Positions 23,654 to 32,496 of a stretch of DNA of 41,751 nt are shown here, piece after piece. Location of the stretch: the UHGV virus genome UHGV-0203358; one strand, 5' to 3'. A model generated the notes under the pieces. The model did not search any database. It was not told the origin of the DNA and saw only the letters and a list, made by a program, of their open reading frames with translations. The DNA comes from a virus. A program made the translations under genes and the position numbers. The number at the start of each line of letters is the position of its first letter. The first letter of the stretch is position 1.

Positions 23654-24411
23654 GCTTACAACTCTTCAAAAATCCCGAGCCCGTCGCCGAGCTGAATTTC
23701 GACCTCGAGTCCATCAAACGGGACTACGCCGAAATCGCAGCTGCGCAAAGCGAGGTCGGAGGAATCGCGACATTCCGCGCCAAAGTCGCCACCGGCGGCG
23801 GAAAGAACTTTGAAATCGACACCGGCGACGAGGACACCAGCACGAGCGTCCCGAACTTCTCGGGCGTCATCGTCTACAACCACAACTGCAACGCCTACTT
23901 CGACGAGGACTCGAGCGGCAACACCCCGCCGGTCTGCTCATCGATGGACGCCGTCACCGGCGTCGACACGATATCCGGAGAGTGCGCCTTCTGCGAGCAG
24001 TGCCCGCGAAACGTCTTCGGATCCTCGAGCAAAGGACCCGGTAAAGCCTGCAAAAATATGCACCGGCTTTACATCATGGTCGAGGGCTCGGCAATCCCGC
24101 TGATACTCTCGCTCCCGCCGACGTCGCTCAAAGCCTTCCGCAACTACCGTTTGTCGACCCTCGCGTCGAAGCATCTCAAACCCTGCGAAGTTGTCACCGA
24201 GTTCTCGCTCGCGCCGCAGATGTCGCAGAGCGGGCAGAAGTACTCCGTCGTGAAATTCAAGCTTCTCGGAAAGCTCGACCCCGCCGACGCACAAGTCGCC
24301 CGGTACTTTAACGAGCAGATGAAGAACGCCGCCGGAAAGGCGCCGGAAATCACCGCCGAGGACTACGACCGCGGCGGAGCGGAGACAGATCATGGTGCTG
24401 TGGAGGAATGA
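23644..24411 (+). CDS. Putative ssDNA-binding/annealing protein with Zn site
   Basis: Follows YqaJ; 'PVCSS.D', 'C..CP.N.FGS', 'GKACKN', 'LSLPPTSLK'; acidic tail. Confidence 0.55.
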   Translation: MGMSLQLFKNPEPVAELNFDLESIKRDYAEIAAAQSEVGGIATFRAKVATGGGKNFEIDTGDEDTSTSVPNFSGVIVYNHNCNAYFDEDSSGNTPPVCSSMDAVTGVDTISGECAFCEQCPRNVFGSSSKGPGKACKNMHRLYIMVEGSAIPLILSLPPTSLKAFRNYRLSTLASKHLKPCEVVTEFSLAPQMSQSGQKYSVVKFKLLGKLDPADAQVARYFNEQMKNAAGKAPEITAEDYDRGGAETDHGAVEE

Positions 24412-24742
24412 ATCGCAGCTGCTGAACGCCATCATCCGGGTGCTCTACCCCTACTGCGTACTGCACCGGGTAAACGTCGGGCGGATGAAAACCCCCGACG
24501 GCAGATGGTTCTCGACCGGCGTCCCCGCGGGCTACCCCGACCTCTCCGGATACCGGAAGAGCGACGGGAAAGCCGTCTATATCGAATGCAAGGTGAAACC
24601 CAACAAGCCGACACCAAAGCAGATAGATTTTATCACCAAAGCACAAGCCGCCGGATGTCTGGCTGCCGTGTGTTACAGTCCGGAGGAAGCACTCCGACTG
24701 GTCATCCCTGTCGCCGAGGGTATCGACGAAAAAGATTTTTGA
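24392..24742 (+). CDS. VRR-NUC domain nuclease (Holliday junction resolvase-like)
   Basis: 'GYPDL', 'YIECK', 'PTPKQIDFI'. Confidence 0.88.
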   Translation: MVLWRNESQLLNAIIRVLYPYCVLHRVNVGRMKTPDGRWFSTGVPAGYPDLSGYRKSDGKAVYIECKVKPNKPTPKQIDFITKAQAAGCLAAVCYSPEEALRLVIPVAEGIDEKDF

Positions 24743-24750
24743 GGTGAGAG

Positions 24751-25770
24751 ATGGCAAGACCCGCACGAAAAGGGCTTGCGTACTTTCCGAAAGATGTTGA
24801 CTTTTATCAGGACGAGAAGATCGTGGACCTTGCCTTGAAGTACGGTCCGCTCGGTCTCACGGTCTTCGACGTCCTGTTAACGCTCGTCTACCGCGAGGGC
24901 TACTATCTGGAGCTGCCGCTGTCTAAAGTCGGACAGATGATCGTCCGCACAGTCGGTGAAAGTTGGTTTAGGAAAACGGGGATGAGTGCCACGGACCTTA
25001 GTGTTGAGGTTATTCTTTACTGCGCCGAGATCGGGTTAATCAATGCACCCCTCGTGAGGCAGAACGTTATAACTTCCGTCGCAATCCAAGAACGGTATGC
25101 CGCCGTTACGAAGAGGAATAAGGTCAATTTAACACGCTACTGGCTTCTCGACAACCGTAAAGTCGATGGGGCTTTGGAAAGTGCGCCCAAAAACACGGTT
25201 TCTGTTACAGAAACCCCCGTTTCTGTCGCAGAAACCCCCGTTTCTGTCGCAGAAATGCCACAAAGTAAAGTAAATAAAAGAAAAGAAAATGACTATGACG
25301 TCTCTGCGCGAGTTTCTGTTACAGAAACCCCTGAGATTTCCACAGTTTCCACAGGGACGGACACGGACGACGACACGGACGGGAAAGTCGGGTTCATCCT
25401 CGCGGAGTACCGAAGGATTCTTCCGTCGCTTCCCCCGCCGGTCATAAACACGAAGCTCATGGTCAACCTCTTCAAGGCAGACCGTCCGCTCTCCGACTAC
25501 ACAGCAGTCTTCGAGCGGGCGGCGGCAAGCCGGTTTCTCAGCGAGCCGAAAGACGGATGGCAGCGCAATATCGGCTGGCTCACCGACCCGGTCAACATGG
25601 ACAAAGTCCTCGCCGGGAAGTACGACGATTACAAAAAGCCCCGGAGCCGGAAGGAGAACCAGACCATCGGAGACGCCGACAGCGGCTTCGACACCGAAGA
25701 GTTCTTCCAGGCGGCACTCCGGCGCGGAATGAAAGGTATGAAAAAAGATGGCGAACCTGAATCTCAATAA
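24751..25770 (+). CDS. Replication initiator (DUF4373/Lin1244-like N-terminus)
   Basis: 'MARP.RKGLAYFPKDVDF', 'ITSVAIQERY'; internal iterons; C-terminal 'KVLAGKY'. Confidence 0.85.
   Translation: MARPARKGLAYFPKDVDFYQDEKIVDLALKYGPLGLTVFDVLLTLVYREGYYLELPLSKVGQMIVRTVGESWFRKTGMSATDLSVEVILYCAEIGLINAPLVRQNVITSVAIQERYAAVTKRNKVNLTRYWLLDNRKVDGALESAPKNTVSVTETPVSVAETPVSVAEMPQSKVNKRKENDYDVSARVSVTETPEISTVSTGTDTDDDTDGKVGFILAEYRRILPSLPPPVINTKLMVNLFKADRPLSDYTAVFERAAASRFLSEPKDGWQRNIGWLTDPVNMDKVLAGKYDDYKKPRSRKENQTIGDADSGFDTEEFFQAALRRGMKGMKKDGEPESQ
25198..25331. repeat. Iterons / replication origin
   Basis: Palindromic GTTTCTG-N3-CAGAAA(C) at 25198, 25219 and 25240 (21-bp period) and at 25312, flanking an A-rich tract at about 25261-25290. 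Confidence 0.8.
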
Positions 25771-26185
25771 AGTCATCCTCGGAGGACGGCTCACCGCCGA
25801 CCCCGAACTCAAACAGACAGCGAGCGGAACCCCCGTCACGGCGTTCTCGGTCGCGGTCAGTCGGAAGTACGCCGCGAAAGCTGAAAACGGCACGCCGACA
25901 CAGCCGACAGCAGATTTTATCAACTGCGTCGCATGGAGAGCGACGGCAGAGTTTATAAGCCGGTACTTCCACAAGGGCTCGAGCATCTGCGTCACCGGCA
26001 GAATACAGACGCGAAGCTACACCGACAACGCCGGAAGCAAAAAATACGTCACCGAAATCGTCGTCGATGAAGCGTACTTCGTCGACTCGAAGAGCGAGCA
26101 GAAGACCGGGAACGCCGCCGGATCGCAGTACCCGGACGCGCCGCAGTTTGAAGTCCTCAGCGATGAGGAAGAGCTGCCGTTTTAA
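25748..26185 (+). CDS. ssb: Single-stranded DNA-binding protein
   Basis: 'LNKVILGGRLTADPELKQT', 'DFINCVAW', 'GRIQTRSY', C-terminal 'EELPF'. Confidence 0.97.
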   Translation: MANLNLNKVILGGRLTADPELKQTASGTPVTAFSVAVSRKYAAKAENGTPTQPTADFINCVAWRATAEFISRYFHKGSSICVTGRIQTRSYTDNAGSKKYVTEIVVDEAYFVDSKSEQKTGNAAGSQYPDAPQFEVLSDEEELPF

Positions 26186-26205
26186 GGCTGAAAAAGGAGA
26201 ACATT

Positions 26206-26568
26206 ATGAACAAAGAGACCAAAAACGAAATCAAGGCAGAAAACGCCGCCGACGCCGTGAGAAAATTTATCACGGATATCCAAGTCGAGCGGATCATGGA
26301 GCGTATGGGTGCTGACGTCGACATAATTCTCGGCTGGCTCGTTCACCGCGCCGGGAACATGGAATCGGTCGGTGGACGCGAACCCGACAATCTGTTGATG
26401 ACCGTCGACAATCACCGCATCACGCTCGAGTTTACGGACAACTGTTCTGAGATCGTCGCGGACGATGTGGAGATCAGCGTCGAGAACTTGCAGAAAGCCG
26501 TCCGCCGCATCGTCACGCACGACCACGAAAGGATGTGGACGGCGCAGTCGAAAGGAGACCGAGCATGA
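26206..26568 (+). CDS. Hypothetical protein
   Basis: RBS AAAGGAG; 120 aa. Confidence 0.75.
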   Translation: MNKETKNEIKAENAADAVRKFITDIQVERIMERMGADVDIILGWLVHRAGNMESVGGREPDNLLMTVDNHRITLEFTDNCSEIVADDVEISVENLQKAVRRIVTHDHERMWTAQSKGDRA

Positions 26569-26876
26569 ACAAAAGGCAAAAAAAGAAGATGACCGACACC
26601 ATCCGCTCGCTTGTTATACAGGTCGACACTCTTTACTCGGACGGATGGCACACTGAAATATACCCCGAGGCGATCCGCCTCAACGGCAGGAGATTTCGCC
26701 GGTACTGGTGCTACGCGATAAGCCGCGGCATCTTTCACACGACGTTCATCGACGAGCTTGTCCTCGCCCACTCTAACCCCTTCAAGCCGGACAGGCATTA
26801 CGGCTTCTACCTGATGCAAGAGGCGTACTCTAGCCGCCCGGTCGCCCTGTGGAGAAGCTGCGAAGGGAGAGGATGA
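26565..26876 (+). CDS. Hypothetical protein
   Basis: RBS AAGGAG and ATG (MNKRQKKK...); ATGA overlap. Confidence 0.7.
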   Translation: MNKRQKKKMTDTIRSLVIQVDTLYSDGWHTEIYPEAIRLNGRRFRRYWCYAISRGIFHTTFIDELVLAHSNPFKPDRHYGFYLMQEAYSSRPVALWRSCEGRG

Positions 26877-27097
26877 CCGTGAAGAAATCCGATTTCGTCC
26901 ACTCCCGCCTCTCCCCGCTGCTCCGCGCACTGGACGACGACATCCTCGCCGTGTCCTACGGCAAGGTGGGGACAAAAGAGCATGTTTACATCATCTTCGG
27001 CGGCGGATACCTCGGCATCGACGTCTCGGGGCTCGACAACGCCGGAATCACCGAACTTGTAGTCAGGAGGTTGATCAGAAATGGGCAGACACGCTAA
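26873..27097 (+). CDS. Hypothetical protein
   Basis: ATGA overlap (MTVKKSDF...). Confidence 0.65.
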   Translation: MTVKKSDFVHSRLSPLLRALDDDILAVSYGKVGTKEHVYIIFGGGYLGIDVSGLDNAGITELVVRRLIRNGQTR

Positions 27098-27389
27098 GTG
27101 GACACCAGACAAAATCGACGAGATCGTCGAGCGGCTGAAAAAAGGCGAAAGGTATAGCGACATCGCCGCCGATTACGGCGTGACCGTCAAATCGCTATAC
27201 GGCGTCACCCGCAGATACCCTCGCGCGTCGATAATCGTCAGGGACACCCGGGTCCTCACGATGGCCGAAAGATGGAAGCAGGGCGCCCGCGTCGAGCAAA
27301 TTGCCGAAGAGTTTCACATCAAGCCCGCGACCGTCTACGCCACGGCAAGCGCCTTTCGTGACATCTTTCCGAGGAGGTGCAAAAAATGA
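27081..27389 (+). CDS. Tandem HTH protein
   Basis: 'YSDIAADYGVTVKSLY' and 'VEQIAEEFHIKPATVY'. Confidence 0.75.
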   Translation: MGRHAKWTPDKIDEIVERLKKGERYSDIAADYGVTVKSLYGVTRRYPRASIIVRDTRVLTMAERWKQGARVEQIAEEFHIKPATVYATASAFRDIFPRRCKK

Positions 27390-27931
27390 TCACCAAAGAC
27401 GAAATCCTCGCCGAACTTGAAAACACCCCCGAGCCGGAAAAGAAGCTCCACGAAATCGCCGGCCGGACGAGGCTGCCGGTCATGGTTATCCGGAAAATCC
27501 TGAAAGGTCTCGTCACCGTCGTTCCGCCGGAGCGCGGACACGACAACACCGACCGCGTCGCGGAAAGCCACATCGAAAAAGGCGTCAACCGCGGCAGATG
27601 GTCGGACGAAGATATCCAGTACATGGCAGAATGCTGGAACCGGGGCGCGGACATCTGCGAAATCGCCGAAGCCGTCTGCCGGTCGGAGCAAGCCGTCCGG
27701 GGCGTCATGCAGCGGAACCGCGAGCTCTTCCCCCGCCGCCACGAGCGCGGGAGAATCTGGTCGCCGGAGGAAATCGCCCGCGCCGCCGACATGTGGTCGG
27801 ACCGCGATATCAGCGAATCGGAAATCTGCAACGCCCTGCACAGGTCGCGGAGCGACTTCTACCAGCTCCGCGCTGAAAATCGGAAGCTCTTCCCGTCGAG
27901 GCGGAACACCTACAGGAGGGTTGAACCATGA
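27386..27931 (+). CDS. Protein with repeated Myb/GcrA-like HTH units
   Basis: 'WSDEDIQ...ICEIAEAVCRS' and 'WSPEEIA...SEICNALHRS' repeats. Confidence 0.7.
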   Translation: MITKDEILAELENTPEPEKKLHEIAGRTRLPVMVIRKILKGLVTVVPPERGHDNTDRVAESHIEKGVNRGRWSDEDIQYMAECWNRGADICEIAEAVCRSEQAVRGVMQRNRELFPRRHERGRIWSPEEIARAADMWSDRDISESEICNALHRSRSDFYQLRAENRKLFPSRRNTYRRVEP

Positions 27932-28269
27932 AAGCACGAATGTCCCCCACCACAGCGCGGAAAAACCTCCCGGCGGGAACGCAAGAAGCCGTCCGGGCTA
28001 TGGTCGACGCCGAGTTCGCGGAACGGCAGAAAATCTACGCGAACAGAATTCTGCTCGCCGTGTGTCTGGCACTCAACGACATCGCCGGATTCGGCGACAA
28101 ACGCTTAATGTACATTCTGCAAGGCATCGAGGACATCACATCCGACTACGCCGAAAGAGCCGGAAAGAACTACAGACCCGAAACCGCCGAGGAGGACAAA
28201 GTCGCACAGATGATGCAGGACGAACTCCTCGGGCGCGGGAGAACGCATATAGTAATTAAATCTAAGTGA
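27928..28269 (+). CDS. Hypothetical protein
   Basis: RBS GGAGG; 'ALNDIAGFGDKRL'. Confidence 0.75.
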   Translation: MKARMSPTTARKNLPAGTQEAVRAMVDAEFAERQKIYANRILLAVCLALNDIAGFGDKRLMYILQGIEDITSDYAERAGKNYRPETAEEDKVAQMMQDELLGRGRTHIVIKSK

Positions 28270-28280
28270 GGAGAACGATT

Positions 28281-28955
28281 ATGAGAAACGAAGACGAGAA
28301 ACTGCGGGAAGCCGCGAGGATGCTGAGCGCGAACTGCGACAGACACAGCACCGGGTGCAAGGGCTGCCTGTTCTGCCGCGACGAACTGTACTGCAAAATC
28401 AATGGAATCCCGATAGCGTGGGATAATGATTTCGAGTTTGGCGACCATTTTCGTGAGGTCACGAAAAAGCCCAAAGACCAATTTGCGGAGGTGCGCAATA
28501 TGGTTGATGACCATTCTGCCAACACCGGCAAAAAGGTCGGTGATCGTTGTGCTGAGCTCAGCAAAGCGATCGGCGCTATGGTCGGTACACCAACTGATAC
28601 ACCAACTGCGCCAGTTGCACCAACTGATACACCAACCGATACACCAACTGCCCGTGCCGAAATCCTCGACGCCGCAAAGAGAATCGTGACCGGGGATCGG
28701 GAGAAGCAGTATGGAAGTCCGGAGGACAATTTTGCGGTTATCGCGAGATTCTGGGAGGTCTACCTCTCCGAGCGCTGCGTCGGCGGCGGGGCGGAAGTGA
28801 CACTCAATCCCGACGACGTCGCGATGCTCATGACGCTTATGAAAGTCGCGAGGATCATGACCGGGACGTTTAAAGGAGACAGCTATATCGACGCTTGCGG
28901 GTATCTGGCTTGCGCGGCAGAGATCGTCGGGAGGATACATGAGAAAAATTACTGA
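28281..28955 (+). CDS. Zn-binding N-terminus plus DUF6378-like domain
   Basis: 'EILDAAKRIVTGDREKQYGSPEDNF..IA..W', 'DVAMLM.LMKVAR', 'DSYIDACGY'. Confidence 0.8.
   Translation: MRNEDEKLREAARMLSANCDRHSTGCKGCLFCRDELYCKINGIPIAWDNDFEFGDHFREVTKKPKDQFAEVRNMVDDHSANTGKKVGDRCAELSKAIGAMVGTPTDTPTAPVAPTDTPTDTPTARAEILDAAKRIVTGDREKQYGSPEDNFAVIARFWEVYLSERCVGGGAEVTLNPDDVAMLMTLMKVARIMTGTFKGDSYIDACGYLACAAEIVGRIHEKNY
28587..28652 (+). repeat. Imperfect 12-bp tandem repeat (PTDT linker)
   Basis: ACACCAACTGAT-type units encoding TPTDTPTAPVAPTDTPTDTPTA. Confidence 0.8.
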
Positions 28956-29937
28956 GACACACACTGGCAAAATCGTGTCCGATACAGATCTGGGTATCGA
29001 ATACCTTTATGTTGGTGACTACGGAAAGGAAAACAATATAAAGGCGGACTTCCTCGGATATACAAAACGCATCGAAAAGGTCGAACACAAGCCTGTCAAT
29101 CTCGCCGACAAGCTTGTCGTTACCGTGTCCAGTCAGAAGGGCTGCCCGATGGACTGTAATTTCTGCGACTGTCCGAAGTTTGGCTTTCATGGAAACGCGA
29201 GTATAGCAGAGCTTGTCTCGGAGATCACAACCGGTATAGCCCTTTCGGGCATCAAGCACGGCCAACGTCTTAATGTACACTATGCCCGCATGGGTGAGCC
29301 GACATTTAATCCGAGCGTCATCGCGTCGGCTCGCATTATCGCCGAAATGGTTACGATGGACGGGGCGGATGTTTCTTTTGATACCTATCATCCTGTCGTT
29401 TCGACCATGATGCCAAAATCCAATAAGAATCTCGACAATTTCTTAAGGGCATGGGTTGAGACGGGGTTTGTGTATGGCGGTGAGGATGGCTTCGGCTTAC
29501 AGTTCTCCATCAACACACTTGACGAAACGCAGCGCAACGAGATGTTCCGTCATCGGTCGCTGTCCCTTAAGGAGATCGGCGATATTGTCAAGTCACTTCC
29601 GATGCCGAAGAAGCGCAAATACACTCTGAACTTCGCTGTCACGTCCGCCTGCAATCTCGATGTCGACCTGATGAACCAGTATTTCGATAAGGACAGGTGC
29701 ATCGTGAAGATCACACCGATTCATGAAACAGTTGAAGCCGTTCGCGAGGGCTACGAAATTGTCACAGACTTTGATGTCTATGAAAAATTCGAGAAGCCTC
29801 TCACAGAAGATGGCTGGGATGTGATTGTCTTTGTGCCGAGCAAAGAAGAGGACGCTGATCGTATTACCTGCGGTAATTCGCTGATTGCCCACAAGAGCCT
29901 GCTGAAAAAATCAAAAGATATGGAGGACGAGCAATGA
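28939..29937 (+). CDS. Radical SAM enzyme, RlmN/Cfr-like
   Basis: 'VSSQKGCPMDCNFC', 'MGEP', 'FSIN', C-terminal 'ITCGN'. Confidence 0.85.
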   Translation: MRKITETHTGKIVSDTDLGIEYLYVGDYGKENNIKADFLGYTKRIEKVEHKPVNLADKLVVTVSSQKGCPMDCNFCDCPKFGFHGNASIAELVSEITTGIALSGIKHGQRLNVHYARMGEPTFNPSVIASARIIAEMVTMDGADVSFDTYHPVVSTMMPKSNKNLDNFLRAWVETGFVYGGEDGFGLQFSINTLDETQRNEMFRHRSLSLKEIGDIVKSLPMPKKRKYTLNFAVTSACNLDVDLMNQYFDKDRCIVKITPIHETVEAVREGYEIVTDFDVYEKFEKPLTEDGWDVIVFVPSKEEDADRITCGNSLIAHKSLLKKSKDMEDEQ

Positions 29938-30269
29938 CTGATATAGAATACATCGCACAGAAGCTGAGCCGGGAGGACATTCTCTGCCAGCTCGCGGAGG
30001 AAGCCGCCGAACTGGCGCAAGCGGCGCTGAAGCTCAGGCGGGCGATCACCGGGACAAATCCGACGCCGGTTTCGGTTGATGACGCGGATCACGCATTGAA
30101 CGAAGAAATCGTCGATATTGCTGTTGCCACTGAAGCTTGGTTCGAATCCGAGGTCGGCGGTATTGATGGAGTAGACACCGACGATATTATAAGCGCCCTC
30201 GGCACTTTCGCGGATATAAAGATTGCCCGATGGGCACAGCGGCTGAAAGAGAAGGAGGACGATAAATGA
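29934..30269 (+). CDS. MazG-like NTP pyrophosphohydrolase
   Basis: 'QLAEEAAELAQAALK...LNEEIVDI'. Confidence 0.75.
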   Translation: MTDIEYIAQKLSREDILCQLAEEAAELAQAALKLRRAITGTNPTPVSVDDADHALNEEIVDIAVATEAWFESEVGGIDGVDTDDIISALGTFADIKIARWAQRLKEKEDDK

Positions 30270-30580
30270 AAATCTTAGTTGATAAAATGCCAAAAACGGT
30301 GGAAGAATGCCTATGGGCGCATCGAGACGCATGGGGGTATGTCTGCTACGCCGTCGGCTGGGGCGACTGGACTTTGCCGGGATGCATGGTCTATTATGGC
30401 GGCAAGTGTCCGTATCTGAGAGAGCTGCCGGAGGAAAAGAAAGCGGAAGAGGCGGAGCGTGTCACAGTGTGGCAAGCCGCTGCCGAATTTGGTCGCTCCG
30501 CAAGTGACACATGGGAAAATGCGAATGGTGCGACCAAGACCTTGGCTGACGCACTGTACAAACCGGAGGAGGATAAATGA
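30266..30580 (+). CDS. Cys-containing hypothetical protein
   Basis: RBS GGAGG; 'MPKTVEEC...C...C...CPYL'. Confidence 0.7.
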   Translation: MKILVDKMPKTVEECLWAHRDAWGYVCYAVGWGDWTLPGCMVYYGGKCPYLRELPEEKKAEEAERVTVWQAAAEFGRSASDTWENANGATKTLADALYKPEEDK

Positions 30581-30759
30581 ACAACACGTTCGAAAAACGC
30601 TCAATGGCATTCATGAACTGCCCATGAAAATCCACTGCTGGATGTAATCTTATCTGCGAAACGTGCTTACACAGCGATTCAGATGGGCTTAAGACAATTC
30701 TTGATGATATCAACAGACTGAGGAGACAGATGAAAACAAAGGAGAACGAAAATGGCTGA
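30577..30759 (+). pseudogene. Small Cys-rich ORF interrupted by an in-frame TGA
   Basis: MNNTFEKRSMAFMNCP*KSTAGCNLICETC...ENENG; TGA at 30625-30627; good RBS and overlaps at both ends. Confidence 0.55.
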
Positions 30760-31069
30760 ATACATCGACAGAGAAGCGTTCATCGAAGACATAAAAACCG
30801 AAATCACCAATCTATTTCTTAATGGGTTGAAAGGGACTCCGAGACCGCGCGATGAACTGTATGGCTTTATCGAACGGATTTACGCGCAACCCGCCGCAGA
30901 CGTTACGGAGGTGAAGCACGCTCACTGGACGCATATAGTCGGATACGACCCGCGCGACGCATGGGCTAAGTGTTCCCGATGTAAGGCAACGGTGAAGTAT
31001 CCGGGGACGAAGTATTGCCCGGAGTGCGGGGCGAAGATGGATGAGGAGGACGAAAATGGACGCAGTTGA
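30752..31069 (+). CDS. Zn-ribbon hypothetical protein
   Basis: 'MAEYIDRE', 'PAADV', 'CSRC...YCPECGAKMD'. Confidence 0.8.
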   Translation: MAEYIDREAFIEDIKTEITNLFLNGLKGTPRPRDELYGFIERIYAQPAADVTEVKHAHWTHIVGYDPRDAWAKCSRCKATVKYPGTKYCPECGAKMDEEDENGRS

Positions 31070-31421
31070 ATTTTTGAAAGAAGCCGATCGGATGCACAAT
31101 TTTGACGATCAAGACTGTGCTGGATGCGAAATCAATAAACGCAGGGGTGATAATCTCTCGTGCGTCAATTGGGTTCTCAGTCATCCCGACGAAGCCGTCA
31201 AAGTAGTCGAGCAATGGGCAAAAGAACACCCCCGGAAGACCCGGCAGAGCGAGTTCCTGAAGATGTTTCCGAGAGTGAGCATGACCGCCGACGGTATAAT
31301 AGCGTTCTGTCCGGATAGCATGGATTCGGAATTTGAGTGCCCACGCAAAACGCGGGACAACATTGATCCGATCTGCGGAGAATGCCGGAGGGAGTACTGG
31401 CTTGAGGAGGTTGAAGAATGA
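31056..31421 (+). CDS. Cys-rich hypothetical protein
   Basis: 'MDAVEFLKE', 'VEQWAKEHPRKTRQSEFLKMFP', 'CGECRREYW'. Confidence 0.8.
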   Translation: MDAVEFLKEADRMHNFDDQDCAGCEINKRRGDNLSCVNWVLSHPDEAVKVVEQWAKEHPRKTRQSEFLKMFPRVSMTADGIIAFCPDSMDSEFECPRKTRDNIDPICGECRREYWLEEVEE

Positions 31422-31660
31422 GAATTTTCAGATCAACCCCGTTCATCCTGCTGTATATCTCCATCGCGATTCTCGTCGCTGGATGTGTATTTGCGGGAAT
31501 GAGAGAAACGCTGAAGCCGTTCGACGTTTTACCGCTTGCCATTGGACTGATGTCCACGGGCGTGGTACTCACGATAGCTGCGGCGTGCCTCGTGGCAGCA
31601 TTTGTGGCTGACAAATTTGACGACGGATATTTTGATGAGGAGGACGACGATGAACACTAA
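31418..31660 (+). CDS. Small two-TM membrane protein
   Basis: Two hydrophobic helices and an acidic tail. Confidence 0.7.
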   Translation: MRIFRSTPFILLYISIAILVAGCVFAGMRETLKPFDVLPLAIGLMSTGVVLTIAAACLVAAFVADKFDDGYFDEEDDDEH

Positions 31661-32093
31661 GCTTATGTTTTCATCGGAGAGAGAGGACTGGGAGACGCCG
31701 CAAAGTTTCTTTGACGGGCTAAACAGAGAATTTCATTTCACGCTTGACGCAGCGGCCTCACCCGAAAATGCGAAATGTGCCAACTACTATACGAAAGAAA
31801 AAGACGGGCTCGCGCAAAGCTGGGCTGGACACACTGTGTGGGTCAATCCACCATATGGGCGCTATACAACAGGGCTATGGGTTCGTAAGGCATACGAAGA
31901 ACATCAGCGAACTGGATGCACAGTTGTCATGCTGTTGCCCGCACGCACCGATACGATATGGTTTCACGATTTCGTGCTTGGAAAAGCTGAAATCGCATTC
32001 GTTAGAGGACGTTTGAAGTTTAGCAACTGTAAAGTTCCCGCACCATTCCCGTCTTTAGTGGCTGTATACGGAGGAAAAATCGATGAACAATAA
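31650..32093 (+). CDS. Phage DNA N6-adenine methyltransferase (phage Dam-like)
   Basis: 'DWETPQ.FF', 'FTLDAAA', 'VWVNPPY', 'LLPARTDT.WFH', 'RGRLKF', 'APFPS'. Confidence 0.9.
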   Translation: MNTKLMFSSEREDWETPQSFFDGLNREFHFTLDAAASPENAKCANYYTKEKDGLAQSWAGHTVWVNPPYGRYTTGLWVRKAYEEHQRTGCTVVMLLPARTDTIWFHDFVLGKAEIAFVRGRLKFSNCKVPAPFPSLVAVYGGKIDEQ

Positions 32094-32496
32094 AATCAAG
32101 CAAGAAGCAATGCACCTGCACAACTGGTGCACCGAACAATGTGACTGCGTGCACTGCGATTTCGGACGTGACAATCGCACGTGCAAGATCAGCGGGATTC
32201 CGGCGACGTGGTTCGACGATGAAGACCATTCTGCCGCCGCTGGCAATATGGCCGATGAAGGCTGGATAAATATCAAAGACAGGCCGCCAAAGGACGGACA
32301 GCTGGCCGCGATACTGACTGTCTTCCGCGGGACAACGCCGGGGAGGATGGTCGCGCGGTATCTGCCTAAGCGGTTCCCCAACAATCCGTGGACGTTAATG
32401 CACGGGGAGATAGTGTACTACTGGGCGCCGCTGCCAGAAGTACCGGGTAAAGAATGGGAGGATGTAATCAATGGCGAGACGGTACATAAAAATTAA
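32083..32496 (+). CDS. Zn-binding N-terminus plus DUF551-like domain
   Basis: 'WINIKDRPP...VYYWAPLPEVP'. Confidence 0.75.
   Translation: MNNKIKQEAMHLHNWCTEQCDCVHCDFGRDNRTCKISGIPATWFDDEDHSAAAGNMADEGWINIKDRPPKDGQLAAILTVFRGTTPGRMVARYLPKRFPNNPWTLMHGEIVYYWAPLPEVPGKEWEDVINGETVHKN

Noticed and set aside
25198..25260. Regularly spaced palindromic repeats resembling a mini CRISPR array
   Set aside because: Only 4-bp constant spacers, located in a coding region, no cas genes; better explained as iterons
28939..29937. Calling the radical SAM gene cfr (antibiotic resistance)
   Set aside because: It lacks the conserved resolving Cys and is divergent from Cfr/RlmN; resistance cannot be inferred from sequence
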